57,502 nt of DNA, filler included, from Ionaspis alba (GCA_964255285.1; 3 parts of 3 records of this genome joined end to end with filler, not necessarily neighbours in it), one strand, 5' to 3'; counted from the whole stretch's first letter, positions 25,621 through 38,916 are shown. Notes: generated by a model from the sequence alone, not told the origin. Numbers and translations: made by a program.

Positions 25621-26426
25621 CTTGCACCCTTCTTTGTCTCTGCAAACTTTGCGTCGTAGACTTTTCAGGTAGTGATGGACAAATCGTAGAGGATCTCGCC
25701 ATAGGTGCTATCGCCGGGTCAAAAATATATCCAAACAGTGCAAACGCCGCACCTTTCCCCGGAAGGAAGGTCACGTGCCTGACCTCCCTCGTTGTTTCAC
25801 AACTTTTCACTCATTCTTACCCGTATCTTTGACGCCCACTAAACCAGAATTAAATCCCCCATCTGCTAGTCCAGAGGAGCCAGATATCTTCTTGCTTGAC
25901 TTTTCATCATCTGGCAGTTTGGACATTGCATCGGATATACCTGCAGTGTACGGTTCGCTCGCGTCGGAATCCTTCTTGGGAAAAAGAGACCAGACGCCTC
26001 CTGTAGAACCTCCACGCTCACCCCTGGGATTGCACACGATCACTGCAATAGAGTTTCCGTCCTGGAACTTTCGCTCGGCCCATGGTCAATACGACTTGGG
26101 GTTTCACTCCTTTCGACAGCAGTCACGACGACCTTTGGCCAATGCTGCACGCTCATCCTACTGATCTCCGCATTTCTCTCGTCATTCCTACCGCCCGCGC
26201 TCGCCCGACTTCGACGAACTCCACTATCACCCTACCTCGACTCCGTCAACTACCTTGATCACTCTTTCCAAGACAACTACTTTCAAGTCACTCTCCAAAT
26301 TCGGCTTGAGAAGACGCACGCAAGGATTCCTTAGCCTGACTGAGCCAAGAATTGCGATTTCGCCAAGTTCTCCACGAACGAGCTGGACAATCAATCTTAC
26401 AAAATAAATATCTTCATATCTCACAG

Positions 26427-28872
26427 ATGACTGCTGTAGCTGCTCCCACAAGTTTCCAGTCTCTACCACAGTTGGGATGGAATTCGGGTAACAGTGCACA
26501 AGGAGGGTTGAATTCCATGAGCGCCGACGACGTCACACGAATGTTCATGCCACGAAAGGGACCACAAAGAGTGAACTCCTCATCATCAATGTCCTCCACG
26601 GCCTCTGGTTCGTCCACAGCGTCTACCTCTACAGTGGTCAGCAATCCTCCACAATCCAGCGGATCGTCGTTGAGAGAAATTACGGAAAGAGAAGGTTGGA
26701 CACATCGCAAGAAAGCTGCTCGCGGACTGTGGCCATCATCGAAGGCAGAGTCTGTGTCTGGAATTTCGAACCCTCGACCACAAGCACTCGGCATGTCATC
26801 CTCCGGGTCTACTCCGGGTACCGCTACGTCAACTGTCCAGCAGCCATCCCCAATCCTTCCATCACAGAATATGATGCAGACCGGTCAGCAGGCGAACGGC
26901 CCTCGAAATACAGTGGCACAAGGTGGGGGAGACTCACTGGCGGTTTTGATATTACTTCCCATGAATGGCACTTTCGAACGGAAACAGATTACTGTACCGC
27001 TGTTCCCGGAGATTCTTCGTATCGGCCGGCAGACAAATGCAAAGACCGTCCCAACACCCGTCAATGGATATTTTGATTCTAAGGTCCTTTCGAGACAGCA
27101 TGCGGAAATCTGGGCCGATCGAAATGGAAAGGTATGGATACGCGATATCAAATCATCAAATGGCACATTCGTCAACGGTACCCGGCTGTCCCCAGAGAAT
27201 CGCGATTCTGAGCCGCACGAATTGCAACAGAACGATATGCTGGAGTTGGGGATTGACATTGTCAGTGAAGACCAGAAGAGCATTGTCCATCATAAAGTGT
27301 CTGCCAAGGTCGAACATGCAGGGATATACAACAATAACGCGGGAGTCCTTGACATCAACTTTGGAGATATCGATCCCGGCTCTGGTGGTGGGCTAATGGG
27401 ACCGCCGTATCCCCAGCACATGGCTCAGATGCGTGGACGGAACGGCAGTCAGGGGTCTGTTGGTAGTAACGGCCGAATGAATGGACAGTCGAATATGGGA
27501 GCAGGTTACGTGAATGGCATGGGCATGCAAAGATCGATGAATGTCGGAAATAATGCTATTACAATTGAAACCTTGGTTAGAAAGCTTACTGTAAGTCGCT
27601 GCACACCAAACCTGCCCTCGGGTCGATCCGCTGCTAACAGCATTCAAGACGGAACTCAAGCAAGCAAAGCAGCAGACTCAAGACTTGCATAGAACTGGAG
27701 ACTTCTTCACCGCACTACTCACTCAGGCTCCTGGAGAAGCACTCCCGAAAGCCCCTGCCAATATCCACCCTTTAGCTCAAGCTCAAACGAATGGCATATC
27801 TTCTCCTTCCAAGGTCGATCCAATGTCTCCATTTTCACAGCCTCCAGCGCCTCCACCACAACAGCCCTTACCAGAAAAACCGGATATGATCCGCTCTGTC
27901 CTCGCCGATGCAAGCATCCAACACCAGTTCAAGAAGTTCGAACCTGATAGACCTCGGTCTATGACCTCCTCCCCGGTCAAGCCGGACGCTCCATCAAGTC
28001 AAATCCATTCGCTAGTAGAGGCCCTCACATCTGCTAAGAAGGAGATCGACTCTCAAGGTGATCGTGTCAAGCATCTGGAAGACCTACTGAGACAAGAGCG
28101 CAAAGCACGTGAGAGTGCGGAAGAGCGTGCCAGACGTCTCCTGGACAGATCACGCGGGCTTGGCGGCCACGCAGACGGCAACGTGGAAGAAGATGCCTTC
28201 AACCCACCCAACGACACCACCTCGTCAGAAGATAAGATGCAACCCAACGGCTATGAAGCCGACGACGAGCGAAAGCGCTTCGGGAAACGTAGTCCCAAAT
28301 CCAAGTCGTCGCCTTCTTCACCTCCACCCACGGACCTCGATCTCATGCAGCGTGAGACCAAAGCTGTCGACGCCTCAACTTCGCGACTTCAAGAGCGCCT
28401 GGAACTTATGATTCAAGAAATGGACGACATGAAAGCTCAAATGGAGAAGTACAAACGCCGAGCTGAGATTGCCGAAGACACCTCAAGCGGTCTCGCCGCC
28501 ATGGTCGAGCGCATCCGTAATGGCGAAATCGATGCCAAGTCTGTGAACCCAAATCTCGAACGGAGAAAAGGCTCGGAGATGTCGACACAGACCGATACTG
28601 AAGCACTGGCTAATGGACATCCTCGTTCACCGGACTCCGAATCCGGCCCCCGGACTTCCAAGCCGCCTTCGCAACTGAATGGCGGGCCGGTGCAGTCGAT
28701 CAAAGATGCTCATGAGCTGCAGAACGCGGTCGTCTCGGCACTGGCGCGGTCGACTTACCGGAGTGATCGGCTGGCGCAGTCAGCACCGTATGCGTCTATG
28801 TTAGGCGTTGTGCTGATAGGTGTGGGCATCATGACGTACCTCAACGGGTGGCAGAAGGTAGATCGGTCGTGA
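26427..28872 (+). CDS. VPS64: FHA-domain, coiled-coil, tail-anchored protein (Vps64/Far9/Far10; SLMAP/HAM-4/PRO45 STRIPAK subunit); intron 27591-27648
   Basis: FHA motifs RIGRQTN, GYFDSKVLSRQHAEIW, IRDIKSSNGTFVNG, LELGIDI; coiled coils; C-terminal TM ASMLGVVLIGVGIMTYLNGW. Confidence 0.9.
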
Positions 28873-29518
28873 TGCTCAGGGAACTACTCAACGTCTCCAT
28901 GATAGCTATTTTCTTTGTTGTTCGCATACACCTGCCTAGGCTCCAGGTATCAGCGTCTGGATTGTTAGGTCTAAGCCTCTAAAGCATATCAGGGTTCACA
29001 CTTCTACATTGATTCAGGGCATGCGATATAGCGCGCATGCGGTGCCCATCTTTACGGCCTTGGTTCGATCCCCTTTGGTTGCAGAGGCTGCCTGCTGTAC
29101 AGGCTGCAGGCATGGCGTCACTCGGTGGTTTTTTGTCGTTTCGCTTGCACATACGGGTTTGGGATCTGGGGAGGAACTGTCATTGTGTCAATGGTCTGGA
29201 TCTTTGTGAGAAGGGGCATGATACATAGTACTAGCGCCCAAATGCATGTAGTACTCCTTTGACATATGTGTTCTAAGCCTCTTAGAGAGTGGTCGTAGAA
29301 TTTCGTGTCTAATGTTGACAGGCAGAACTTGCGTGCGCTTCGTGCACTTTGGCTCTTGGACTGATAGGAATATCATCTTCGGTGACGAGATACGTTTCAA
29401 CGAGGCAAGGCATATGCTAGAGACCTACACGGCAGAGACGGGTACTAAAAAGGGTACCAAAGGGGAACAAAATGTAGGCGCTGAGTTGCAGTATCCGAAG
29501 AAGATCACATGATCTGTC

Positions 29519-29618
29519 NNNNNNNNNNNNNNNNNNNNNNNNNNNNNNNNNNNNNNNNNNNNNNNNNNNNNNNNNNNNNNNNNNNNNNNNNNNNNNNNNN
29601 NNNNNNNNNNNNNNNNNN
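29519..29618. other. Assembly gap (100 N)
   Basis: Run of 100 N. Confidence 0.99.
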
Positions 29619-29919
29619 CAGCTTTGAGGCCAAGTTCCTCTACTTGCAATTAGATTCAAATAGCGCTGCTTTCCTGCCCGTAATCCATGGCTTGGTTTCC
29701 ACAACAAGCGGGGTTGCAGCATGATTTTTCTTTTACCACACCTTGGATTGGGAGATAAGATGAGTCAATAAGCAACTATTTTTGGTTTCAAAAGGAGTAC
29801 TGACAATGTGATTCTATCCAACACGTCTATATCTTCCTGTCTGATACTGAGTACGCTCAGCGACGCAAGCACTCCATCGAGCGCCTCGGCACCATAGTAG
29901 AACCACCCTATAACAATCC

Positions 29920-30672
29920 TCATCTAACTTTGTCCACACTAGGCTCTCCATCACCTGCTTTCAGTGCATCCGTCTCTTCAATCTGGCTCACACCCTCTAC
30001 GCCATTCAATATCGTTGCCATCACCTCAGCCAACAGCCTCGCCACAGCTTCAACTGTACATTCTCTTACACCTTCCTTCTCAAAGCTAGTCGTTCTCTTA
30101 CCCACAAGTCCACAAGCCACAATCCTCTCAAACCATTTCAGATCCGTGCTCACGTTCAAGCCAACCCCATGACTACTAACATTTCTCCTTAAACGGACTC
30201 CCACGCTCGCAATCTTATCTTCGTCACTCGTCCAAACCCCGGGATTTTCTGTGGTGAAAGCCCTGATGGCATAACTCGCACAAGTCTCAATCACAGACTT
30301 TTCAAGAAATCGAACATAACTGCTAGGTTTCAGGCCATGCGTAAGCAGATCCAGGACCAAATAGGCCGTCAATTGACCCGGACCATGGAAAGTGGTCTGG
30401 CCGCCTCGTAGTGCAGGATGAAACTCAGCAGCACCGTTGCAGCGCAGGTACTCTTTTTGTTCTTCGGTGATTGTATTAACCTCACGCCGGCCGCAGGTGT
30501 AGGTTGGGTTTGTTTCGAAGGTTAGGAGCGTCGGGGATGGAGGGGACTGAGTGGAGCGGAGAGCTGGCGTGAGGGCTTTGTGGTCGAGGTAGGTGCGGAC
30601 TAGGATAGATTGGAGGTGGGAGGCGTGGGTGTAGCGTGTTAGTCCTGGGAGGTGGAGATGCTGGAGGAGCAT
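29920..30672 (-). CDS. LIP2: Mitochondrial octanoyltransferase (LipB/Lip2, lipoate biosynthesis)
   Basis: PTYTCGRR, RGGQTTFHGPGQL, PGVW, KIASVG, HGVGLNV, IVACG motifs. Start placed at MLLQHLHLPG (30672); upstream in-frame ATGs exist to 30738. Confidence 0.93.
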   Translation of the reverse strand: MLLQHLHLPGLTRYTHASHLQSILVRTYLDHKALTPALRSTQSPPSPTLLTFETNPTYTCGRREVNTITEEQKEYLRCNGAAEFHPALRGGQTTFHGPGQLTAYLVLDLLTHGLKPSSYVRFLEKSVIETCASYAIRAFTTENPGVWTSDEDKIASVGVRLRRNVSSHGVGLNVSTDLKWFERIVACGLVGKRTTSFEKEGVRECTVEAVARLLAEVMATILNGVEGVSQIEETDALKAGDGEPSVDKVR

Positions 30673-30904
30673 CTGATGGACCAAATCTTTGGTACTGTGC
30701 GGAAGCTGGAAGCGAGCTAGAAACGTTGGATACATCATTATCGTCTGGTACCGAGATCCAGCCTTAGCCGTTCAAACAATTTTGACGTCATCCTACAGAG
30801 TGTAGACCCTACTAAATTTGGACATCCATGCTCATCGTGCGCGTATGCTTCGGTGACAGTATGATAGTCCATCAAGTATATGATTATGGTCTCAATTGAT
30901 CGCG

Positions 30905-31600
30905 ATGGCGCCGAATCAGTCCGTACCTGAAGCAAAAACGAAGAATCATCCCAAGCTCAAACGATTGCCAGAACGTATGAATCTCTAATTGACCCGTAAG
31001 AACCACGACAATTTGCTAACCACCTCCCCAGATGCGCGCATCCAAAAACGACCTCTCCTCCGTCCTCCAATCCCCTCACCTTACACGAACGCCAGCCAAC
31101 CCAAAGTCATCTACGTCTCCTCCAAAACACCTTTCATCTCCGTCGTCAAACGCGTCCGCAAACTACTGCTGCTGATTGACAAACGGGCTATGGGCAAAGT
31201 GGAGCTGGTCAATAGCAAAGGGAATGAAAAGCAACGACTTCAGGCCTTGACGAAGCAGGACAGCGAGCCAGAGGAGGTTCTACTGAAAGCTTCGGGAAAA
31301 GCGGTGGAAAAGGTGCTGGGCCTGGGATTGTATTTCCAGGGGCAGGACGATTGTAGGATTAGGTTGAGGACGACAAGTGTGGGGGCCGTTGATGATATTG
31401 TGGAGAGGGATGAGCCAATCATGGCGAAGAAGAGGCGGGCAAAAAGTGGGCAGGGTGTTGATGCGCGCGAGCTTGAAGAAGGTGAAGGGCTCGAAGTAAA
31501 GATGTCAGGGGAAGGGGATGAGGAAGATGAAGATGAAGAGTTGCCAGAGACGCAAGTACGCCGACTCAGCGTGGTAGAAGTCCGAATCAGCCTGCGATGA
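30905..31600 (+). CDS. POP7: RNase P/MRP subunit Pop7/Rpp20 (Alba-like); 2 exons
   Basis: RIQKRPL, VIYVSSKTPFISVVKRVRKLL, EEVLLKASGKAVEKVL, RTTSVGAVDD, RRLSVVEVRISL; exon 1 MAPNQ...KRLPE joined by a gtatga...ctaac...cag intron. Confidence 0.88.
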
Positions 31601-33259
31601 CTCAGTCTTATTGGGACCGGCCCTTTTGGCACTGGGTGAGACTATTTCCGTGGAAGGCTTTTGCTCACTTACATTGTCGGTAGCGACATCTTTATGGGGA
31701 GTTCAAAGCAAGACGGAGTGCGTCTTGAGTTAGGAGTGCTTGGAGTATGGAGTTGAAGAAGGATGCCTCGAGGTCTGCTACACCATGCATGAAAACCTTG
31801 GACGGACTACATAGGATTGTTCGACTGCTAGGGGAGTGCGGGCCCCAGCAAGCCTCGCAAACTTCGGGCAATCCTCTGGGTTGAGGGCAGCAAACATGTC
31901 AAACCAGTTGGAATTTGCTGCTCTGATTTGTCTCCAAAACATAGAGTCGCTTTGCATAACACCTGTTTGGCGTGTGTCCCTCGGCCCACGTCGTATAGTT
32001 GGAGCATTTTAGCCTGAGGTCAGTTGTGCGCAAGTCACAGGAGTGGTGCATGGGATGTTGGCTTCTGGCAGCGAGCACTACTATCACAATTGTGTTTAAA
32101 TACATAAAAGAGCCGAATATTTCGCCGTGATAAGAACGATTTGAATCATTACAAGCTCCCAACACAGCTGATGTATGCAGCTCGATAGATTCCCTGCAGC
32201 GGAATGTTTGATGCTTTATATTCCCCAAAGTACCGGAATTTTGATTGAAAAAGGACGGTCGACTGTCAGAGCTACCGCTACTTAGGAGTAACCTTTCTGC
32301 AGCTTCTACTCTCCTTCCAAAAGGATAACGTTATTGCTCTCCAAGGGCTCACGTCTTGAATCCAACAGCTGATACTGTCGGGTTGATTACAATCTGCCTT
32401 TACCAACGCTCCCGCCATGCACGTCGAGTTTTAGAGCAGTCCACCAGGGACATCCTTACGACAAGGAGATAGTAGCATGGGGTCCTTCCCAGGAGACATG
32501 CATGGCGGCTGCCGCCAAGGAGAAGCCACTCGACGCTAGAAGTTTCGCGAAGGCTTCCGCCGGCATTCTAGCTGCCTTCCTTGTCTTGGCTTATGCCTCT
32601 GCCGCTCTCGGTTTCAACCTTAAAGATGGGAGTTTCGATCATGGAAAATCACCATAATTCAGAGCCGAAAAAAGAAAAAGCCGAAGACTCGTGGAAGATA
32701 TGTGGTCGCGGAATGCTGAGTTATTTTGGGATGCGGAATAATGCTCTTTTTATCATATGTGTTCTCAAGACTTCAAGAGCGACGTTCAACACCCTAACAC
32801 AAATCAGTCAATACTATTGTCGATCACTGTGGGGAACACAACATGGCGGGTTGGAGCTTAATTGAGCCAATGCGTCATAGCGACTATCAAATTCCTTTGC
32901 CCCGATAACAACATTCATCATTGGTTGTTTCACTCCAATGGAACGTCATTGTCGTTGATTCGAAGGGACGGTAATCCCAGCACCAAGGATAAAGAGTTGA
33001 CCAGTCACCCAAGTATGCGCTTTGACGTGTGCCTCTGAGGCTAACGGTGCATGATCCTCCCGATACCTCAACAGGTATATGGTTCCCTCCTGTACGGGTT
33101 TATATGAATGGGGTGGATCCCTCGATATAGACCAGTAATGAGTCGTGCCTGTGCTTCCCCGAGATACACCCCCTTCTACCACCATCCCATTTCTCCTTCC
33201 ATTTATCAATACCATATCCAAACACCATAACCACCTCAACTCGCGGTCTCCTTATCACC

Positions 33260-34841
33260 ATGTCGGGAAAGCAAGAAAACCCCACTTCCAACAATGTCCC
33301 CATTACCCACCGGCGTCCCTCCGCCGCCGAAGCCATCGCCAACCAGCGCCGCAACAAGAAAATGAGCGACAAAGCCGTGACCGGCGCCTCGCAACTCACA
33401 ACGCGGCAGTCGCTCGTCCCCGTGGCTCTCGTCACCATCCTCTTCTTTCTCTGGGGCTTTGCCTACGGTCTTCTCGATGTCTTGAACAAGCATTTCCAGG
33501 AAGTGCTGGGAGTTACGCAGGGGCAGGGCTCGGGACTTGCGGCGGCGTATTTTGGGGCTTATTTTATTGGGCCGTTGACTTATAGTGGGTGGATTGTGAG
33601 ACGCTTTGGGTATCGGTGGACTTTTGTGAGTTACTCGTTCAGGGACAGGCTCTACGAGTTATACTGACCTGTTGTAGATTGCCGGACTTTGTATATATGG
33701 TGTTGGTGCCCTTATGTTCTGGCCATCCGGAGTGAAGCGCTCCTTTGGTGGATTCTGCGGAAGCATGTTCATTGTCGGATCCGGGCTTTCCACTCTCGAG
33801 ACCTCGGCCAATCCATTCATCGCAACTTGTGGTCCTCCCAGGTGGTCGGAGATGCGTCTAAATCTCGCCCAAGCGTTTCAGGCGATTGGAACAGTCGTCG
33901 CTCCTGTCCTCGCCGCTTATGTAATTTTCAAGGACGTCGGGGCTCCTGGTGGCACGTCGCTCGAGTCTGTGCAGTGGGTGTATTTGGGCATCGCCTGCTT
34001 CGTTTGTAAGTATCACCAAGTTCACAAACGCGGACGCGCCATCGGCTAATGAAGTGCAGTTGCTCTGGCCGTCGTCTTCTTCTTTGCGCCCATTCCTGAG
34101 GTTACTGACGCAGATATGGCCGACCAAGCCCAGCAGACCGTTGCCTCAACCGGCTACACCGACAAGCCGATGCGAAAGCAATACACGCTCTTCTGGGGTG
34201 TCATCGCTCAGTTCTGCTACGTCGGTGCTCAGGTCGCTATTGCCGGGTATTTTATCAACTACGTGGTCAAGGTCCGTCCAGGAACGGCGTCATCTACTGG
34301 CTCGAATCAATTGGCTATTGCCCAAGGTCTCTTCGCCATTGGACGATTCGTTGCTGGAATCAGCATGAGAGTCGTCAAGCCTCGATGGGTTCTGATGCTA
34401 TTTATGACCATGATCATTGTCTTCATCAGTGCTTCGATGGGCGCTAGTGGCGATGCCGGTATCGCCTGTCTGTCTCTTGTGTTATTCTTCGAGTCCTGCA
34501 TCTTTCCGACCATCTTCACGCTCTCCCTTCGAGGACTCGGAAGACATACAAAGCGGGGTGCTAGCTTCCTCGTAGCGTCGGTTAGTGGTGGCGCTGTGTT
34601 CCCGCCGATGCTAGGAGCTGTGGCGGATGTGAAGGGAACGCAGATTGCTATGTGCATCCCACTGGCTGGATTTATCATTGCCTGGACGTTCCCGCTATAC
34701 CTCAATCTTTTCAAGGCCAAGGAGCTTGATGGGTATCGAGATTCGAAGATTGGCGTTGATGGTAAGGTAAACGGGGATAGCCAATCGGATATTGAGAAAG
34801 GATACGAGAGGAAGGAGATTGAGAACACTTCTAGTCACTAG
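33260..34841 (+). CDS. MFS sugar transporter, L-fucose/glucose-galactose permease (FucP/FGHS) family; 3 exons
   Basis: LFFLWGFAYGLLDVLNKHFQ, AYFGAYF, LETSANPFI, RLNLAQAFQAIG, QFCYVGAQVA, FFESCIFPTIF, GGAVFPP. Confidence 0.92.
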
Positions 34842-35903
34842 ATACCCTGTTATGTATAGGAAGAAAGAGCCTTCTATATATGGTCTTTTATGTTGAACAA
34901 TACGGTCTCGGTCTCATTCATCACAGTACCTCACAAACCTTACACCAATTCCCATACGATCTAGTATGGCTGTCTCCGAGTATTTTACTAGTCATCGGAA
35001 GACTGATACTTACCCTTAAATGGCCGTCTGCACAGTCAATGATCGGTGCGCTTCACAAGAATGTCCCTAGCTAATTATATAGCACAGGTAATGTGTTCAG
35101 CTACAATGCGCTTGAAAATCATCAGTTTGATATCTCTATTTAGCTACAAAGCTATTGAGTTTCGGTTTCTATATGGTTTCCGTGAGAGAATCATTATTAT
35201 ATGATGTTCAGTGTTGAATCGCATGAGATCGCCCGAGGTGCAGCCGGGTGTTGTGCACAGACCACAGATCAGTCACGTGCTCATTAATCGGAACCCTAGG
35301 AGTAAACAGCGGCGATTAGACCGAGGAGTAGACTTTGTACCGCGACGTACTGAAAGTTTGGCATTTCTCGGCAGACTAGTTTGCACGGTCTTGACTAGAG
35401 AGTGAAGAAACGTAGATCGATGTGGTGACAGAGCAGCACTAAAAAACGTGAGGCTAACAGGCTCGGGCCCACGATTTAGAACTCGAAACCCTTGTTCCTT
35501 CGTTTCATGACTTCACTTCATCAACCTCTCCAACGACGACTGCAGAGTCAGTAACATCTGAGGTGAGTGCCACGTGACATTGACCTTCTCTTTCAACCAC
35601 TGAATGTCTTAGCGTCTTCTTGACATCTCATCACTGAATGTACAGGCTCAGAGTGTAGTTGGAGACCCGAACATTCTCACTTCACTCACTCCGTCGACGT
35701 TTAGATAAGTATCTCACACTTGTAACAAGCTTCGTCACACCATTTTCAGTAGTAGGTCTTTCAGATATGCACAGCGCAACAGTTCATGCTAACTCTTTCT
35801 CACCTTCAGTTCTACAACGTCAAGTCTCAGACAACCACCTTCAAGTTCCACGTCCAAAACCGCAGCCACAACTTGAAGAAAACGTCCACCTCAAGCTCAG
35901 AGC

Positions 35904-37048
35904 ATGAGGTAGGTGGAAGCAGTAATCAACAACGTGACTGAATGCGCAGCTAATTATCACATAGTTCCAATCTCCACTTTCAAAGCCTAGAAAATGGCAC
36001 TCCGGGTCAAACGGCAGTAATGCCTGAGGCTAACACCGCGTCTCTTGAAAGAGGCCAAATGGCTCCGGCCAAGGAGTTAGTGATGCGCGAACAATGCGAT
36101 GCAAGCAAACTCCCGCTCGAGCTGAGACCTTTCCCCTTCCGAAAGTTGGCGGCAGAAGTGCGTGATATGATATACAAGTATCATCTCATGCTGGAAATGC
36201 CCATCTGCCCCATGAAAGCCAACAACGATCGCAACAAGCTCAGCTTCATCGACCAGCACGAGAGGAATTGTCCGATGAACAAGCACCTCTGTTACACTGA
36301 CAGACTCGGCGACTTCCACTTCACCTGCGAAGGTTCCTTCTGTGAAAAACGTGTCTTCGATGCCCCTTCGTCTGTCCTCGCACTCCTTCTCGTCTGCAGA
36401 CAAATCCATCACGAAGCGGTTCCAATCTTCTACCGCCACAACAACTTCATGTTTCCATCCAAACCCAGCTTGAAGCACATAAGAGACTTCATCAATGGAA
36501 TCGGCACCCGCTATCAGTTCCTGACCGAGCTGACCTTCCGATTCACAAGCACGTTTGCTAACGAAGTCTTCAAGAAATTGGACTGGTGTCCGGAGCTCTC
36601 GAGACTGAACATCGTTCTCAACCAACATGCTCGAGGTCTTGTTATCTGGCCAAAGCGAGAATCCCCACTAGGGCTCCGCATCGAAGATTCCATGACCGAC
36701 GCGAATGGTATGGCCTCACTGCTGAAACTTCGAGGCTTAAAGTTTGTCAATGTCAGCCTCGAAGATCACATCCAACCTGGCATGCCAACCTACGCCGGCA
36801 TGCTCGATTGTATGCACCTTTTAGAAGATAGGTTGACTCTACCACGCGAACGACCACTGCCAGCGATGTCGTACGAGGAGCATCTGGAGTTGGAAGCTAT
36901 CGCTAAGGAGAAGAAAAAGAACGAGATGCTGGAGAGGAAAAGGTTGCGTGAGGAGGCGAAGAAAGTAAAGGAGGAGAAAATGAAGGCGCGTAGGGAGAAG
37001 AAGACATCGAGGAAGGGAAGATCAGCCAAGAATGACATCACTTCTTGA
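35904..37048 (+). CDS. Hypothetical fungal protein with F-box-like PF..L..E.R..IY motif and basic coiled-coil tail
   Basis: ATGAG at 35904-35908 splices (intron 35909-35964, gtaggt...ctaat...tag) in frame into ORF 36020-37048; motifs PFPFRKLAAEVRDMIYKY and LALLLVCRQIHHEAVPIFYRHNNFMF are typical of a large uncharacterised fungal family. Confidence 0.75.
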
Positions 37049-37399
37049 TTCTGTACCGTTCCGACTTCAATTGAGGATCGATGCTTTTCTGATAGCTGTC
37101 GGTGGCCCCACATTTTGTTTATTGTCAGAGCTGGGGTGCTGCGATTTGACTCTGAGTTCATCGGTGACCTCCTCAAGATGTGTTTTGTTGTTCGGAAGAT
37201 GTTCAATTCGTGCTTGACGATTGCTGAGGGATATTACTCGATGGAAAAGGTTGCTCGTGGCCGAAGCTCTAATATCGATGGTTGATTGGCTGAGGAGTGT
37301 AGCAAGCGCTTCGTTTGTCGAGTTTCTCCCAGCAGGGTGATGAGTTTAATGGTACTTCCAGCCAAATGTCTCTACATGTCAGATAGCTGTCTGCTCAAA

Positions 37400-38215
37400 T
37401 CAAAAACTTTTCAATAGCTTCTTCACGAGCTTTCGCTGCTCCTCAACGTTGAGCTGCTTCTGATCTGTTTCCTGCAACGACCGACCCACGAGCAAAACCT
37501 CCTTCACTGTTGCCGCTTTCACCCATACCTTCCCGTTCCTACCCACTGCAACTTCGAATGCCACTCGTGATGCACATTCTTCTAGCACCACCAAGCCGCC
37601 TTCCTCCTTCTGCTTTCCCATCAGAAGTCTTCTTGCCATTCCAAGACTGATATCAAACACCATCCCTCCCTTCAAATCGCCCAGGCCATCGCTCTTCCCT
37701 GTGGATGGGTTCACACAGATAAGCTCTGGGTCCTGATGTTTGGATGCTGCGGCTACTTTTGCGTACACTAGCGCGCCGGAAGCTAATTGGGGTCTTGTTT
37801 TCTTACTGACATTCTCGAAGGCCAGATGCGGAAGAGTGGCGAAAGGGGTGTGAGGCGTTATGGAGCAGTGGAAGCTGTCTGTGGAGGAGTGGTGAACTGT
37901 TACTAGGACGAGGTCGGAAGGAGAAGGTATGTACTAGATAAGCGATGTTAGCATGATTTTGAGGACAGAGGAGGTCAGGAAGAGGAGCAGGGAGAAAAGA
38001 AAGAAGTCGCATACTCTGCCGCTGTTATTCTCGACCCAGATGGCATTCTTCCTCATATCTGTGTGGAGAGTGCCGGCGACAGTAGGGATAATAGTTGAAG
38101 GAGGGTCATGTCGGAGGCCGGGACCAAGCTTAAGAGGATTGGTGGGGTTGGAGGGAATTGGAAGTATGGACGAAGGGAGGCTTTCGCCGGGGAAGACGAG
38201 AGTCTCACTTGTCAT
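37400..38215 (-). CDS. RRP40: Exosome cap subunit Rrp40 (S1/KH); 2 exons
   Basis: LVFPGE, LKLGPGL, R/YIPSPSDLVL, LAFENVSKKTRPQL, DPELICV...GLG.LKGG, FEVAVGRNGKVWV. Confidence 0.94.
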
Positions 38216-38377
38216 GTCAAGTTTTGCTAACAGTCATCCAATAGCACAAGATATCTGTTTTGTAGAACACTTATAGCAGGCATCGTCATTAGTGTCAGGA
38301 TCTACCGATTGGCGCAGGGCTACGGGAGCGCAAGCGAAGACCCTGTCCATTCTCTGCACTAGTGAAATTTCTCGAAG

Positions 38378-38477
38378 NNNNNNNNNNNNNNNNNNNNNNN
38401 NNNNNNNNNNNNNNNNNNNNNTTAATTAATTAANNNNNNNNNNNNNNNNNNNNNNNNNNNNNNNNNNNNNNNNNNNN
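38378..38477. other. Artificial scaffold-joining linker (44N-TTAATTAATTAA-44N)
   Basis: Same cassette as 19157-19256. Confidence 0.97.
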
Positions 38478-38916
38478 TAAATGTGACTAACCACATCGCG
38501 ACTATGTCATTGTGCAGAATCCGGGGAGACAAGATGCGACCATACAATTCTGTAGCATAATCTTCACTACCATAAAAAGTAGCTGCCATAATAACAATGT
38601 AATCATTCTACCAGAGGTGGATATCATGTAAACAACCTTGACAGTTATTTCTCCAAAGTGTGGGATCTCTATACTCTTTCCACGCTAAGATGGCTGCGCT
38701 TGGATCAAGACCAGTTCAGTAGTGCAACCAAGTCTGCATGTGCGGCCTCGGGCCGAGACTGTGATTGAGATCGCTGCCTAAAAAGACTCCTCTAGCGGAG
38801 GTTGGACGCTATGGATGTGGAGAGTGGTCGGTATGCAGTGCATTATCGAGACACCAGCGTAATGCCAACGGGAGGTCCAAACGCAACTTCGTATTCTCTG
38901 CATATCTCCATCCTGC

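Noticed and set aside
29040..29090. GGTTCGATCCC resembling a tRNA T-loop/B-box
   Set aside because: No T-stem, acceptor stem or cloverleaf pairing around it.
29300..29722. Exon-like fragments (branch point plus AG, short ORFs on both strands) around the gap
   Set aside because: No consistent start, donor or recognisable product, and the gap prevents modelling.
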